From: Macrostomum lignano | Taxonomy: Eukaryota | DNA length: 64,000 nt | Assembly (NCBI GenBank): GCA_002269645.1 | Contig: NIVC01003647.1 | Coordinates: 1-64,000, forward strand | Reading direction: 5' to 3' | Shown here: piece after piece, positions 62,969-64,000 of the stretch | Layout: each line of letters starts with the position of its first letter | How positions within the stretch are numbered: the stretch's first letter is position 1 | Program-made: the position numbers and the translations under genes | The notes under the pieces: model-generated | Database searches by the model: none | Told to the model about the DNA's origin: nothing | Seen by the model: only the letters and a program-made list of their open reading frames with translations

Positions 62969-63818
62969 TTATAAGTCTTATCTGAGATACTCTGAGTAGT
63001 ATCAAAACTCCTGCTGAAGTCTCCTCGGAGTAATCCAAATATACTAATTTTGCTACCCGTCTTAGTTGAATTGATTGGTTAGAGCTATTATGCTTGATTT
63101 CACCCCATCCACATGTAGACTTAGCTCGTATTTAATTGCCAATGTATTGTCGATTTAACTTGCTACAGTTGCGTTGCTTGTTGTTTTGTTTTTTGTGCTT
63201 TGCAGCAGCATTAAGTTGTCTATAATAGCAACTTCATCGACTTTTTATGCTATAAACAAATTTTCTCATCTCCTAACGTACAAGTTTATTTAAACAACGT
63301 AAATAAATACAATTCAAAACGAAAATCTTACTATTACCATTAGTGCAATCAATGCATAAACAAAGATCAATACATGTGGTTTGCTTATTCCTTTCGATTT
63401 TAAATGTCAACTGTTCTCTCGTACCTCTACATCTACACGTTTCACCATAGACAAACTCTGTTCGAGAAAAATCCGACTTCTCAATATAGCATGCTAAAGG
63501 CACGAGCGACACAACAGTGTAGTGTTCTGTCCTCATTTGACTTCGATTGGCCATGCGACTGCCGACAATTCGACTGCCAAAAATTGACCTATGTGTTTTA
63601 AACCATTTCTATTAAACGATCTTGAAACTAATTTTATAATTAGCTAAGATTGTATCTGTTCTTGAGCCCCAAACCTTTTTGGACCGTATACTGAAAGCTC
63701 TGTCTATAGTAGTCCTCTTGAAAAACGAGCCCAGACTTGGATTTGGTATGCAGACACGCGAAGTCATAGATCTTCCATAGACGAAACTACATATGTAGCT
63801 AGTAGGCTCAGTCTTGGC

Positions 63819-63900
63819 CAGGGGTTGGCAAACTCCGGCCCGCCCTTGAAGCCTCTCTATCCGGCCCTCGGGTCCTTTGAAGCTTCCCCATTAGCAATCC
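63819..63900. mobile_element. Left end of a hAT-like element
   Basis: CAGGGGTTGGCAAAC...CGGCCCGC terminus typical of hAT MITEs. The partner TIR is not in the window. Confidence 0.45.
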
Positions 63901-64000
63901 GGTTTCCGATTAGCACAAGGTTTAATTTTGTGTCTCTTGCTCAGCTCTTTCTTTTCTCTCCTTCCCTCTCCCTTCTTTTCTCTCCTTCCCCTCTCACGTC

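Overview
Repeat-rich animal genomic DNA. GC-rich poly-Q/H/G exons, minisatellite-filled introns and AT-rich transposon patches suggest a free-living flatworm such as Macrostomum (inference only). Three plus-strand genes can be assembled by hand with consistent splice phases. (1) A two-exon stathmin-domain protein, 97 aa (10728-11981). (2) A three-exon FAM60A/SINHCAF homolog, 302 aa (14508-17281). (3) A 13-exon Ihog/CDON/BOC-family receptor (34230-60162) with signal peptide, 4 Ig, 2 FN3, TM and a roughly 600-aa low-complexity tail. The receptor has a 1-nt frameshift in exon 9, plus three extra frame-preserving candidate microexons (24, 18 and 21 nt) in the Ig region that the ORF track does not show. 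Fragments of a possible minus-strand gene with an SH2-like exon lie at 0.7-8.2 kb. The 21-28.3 kb region is a transposon nest: a 307-bp palindrome with minimal hammerhead-ribozyme cores (Penelope-like), MITEs with 8-bp and 9-bp TSDs, a deleted hAT element holding two nested elements, and a decayed transposase. Two tRNA-derived SINEs lie in opposite orientation around exon 2 of the FAM60A-like gene. About 25 distinct minisatellites account for most of the long ORFs in the supplied track.
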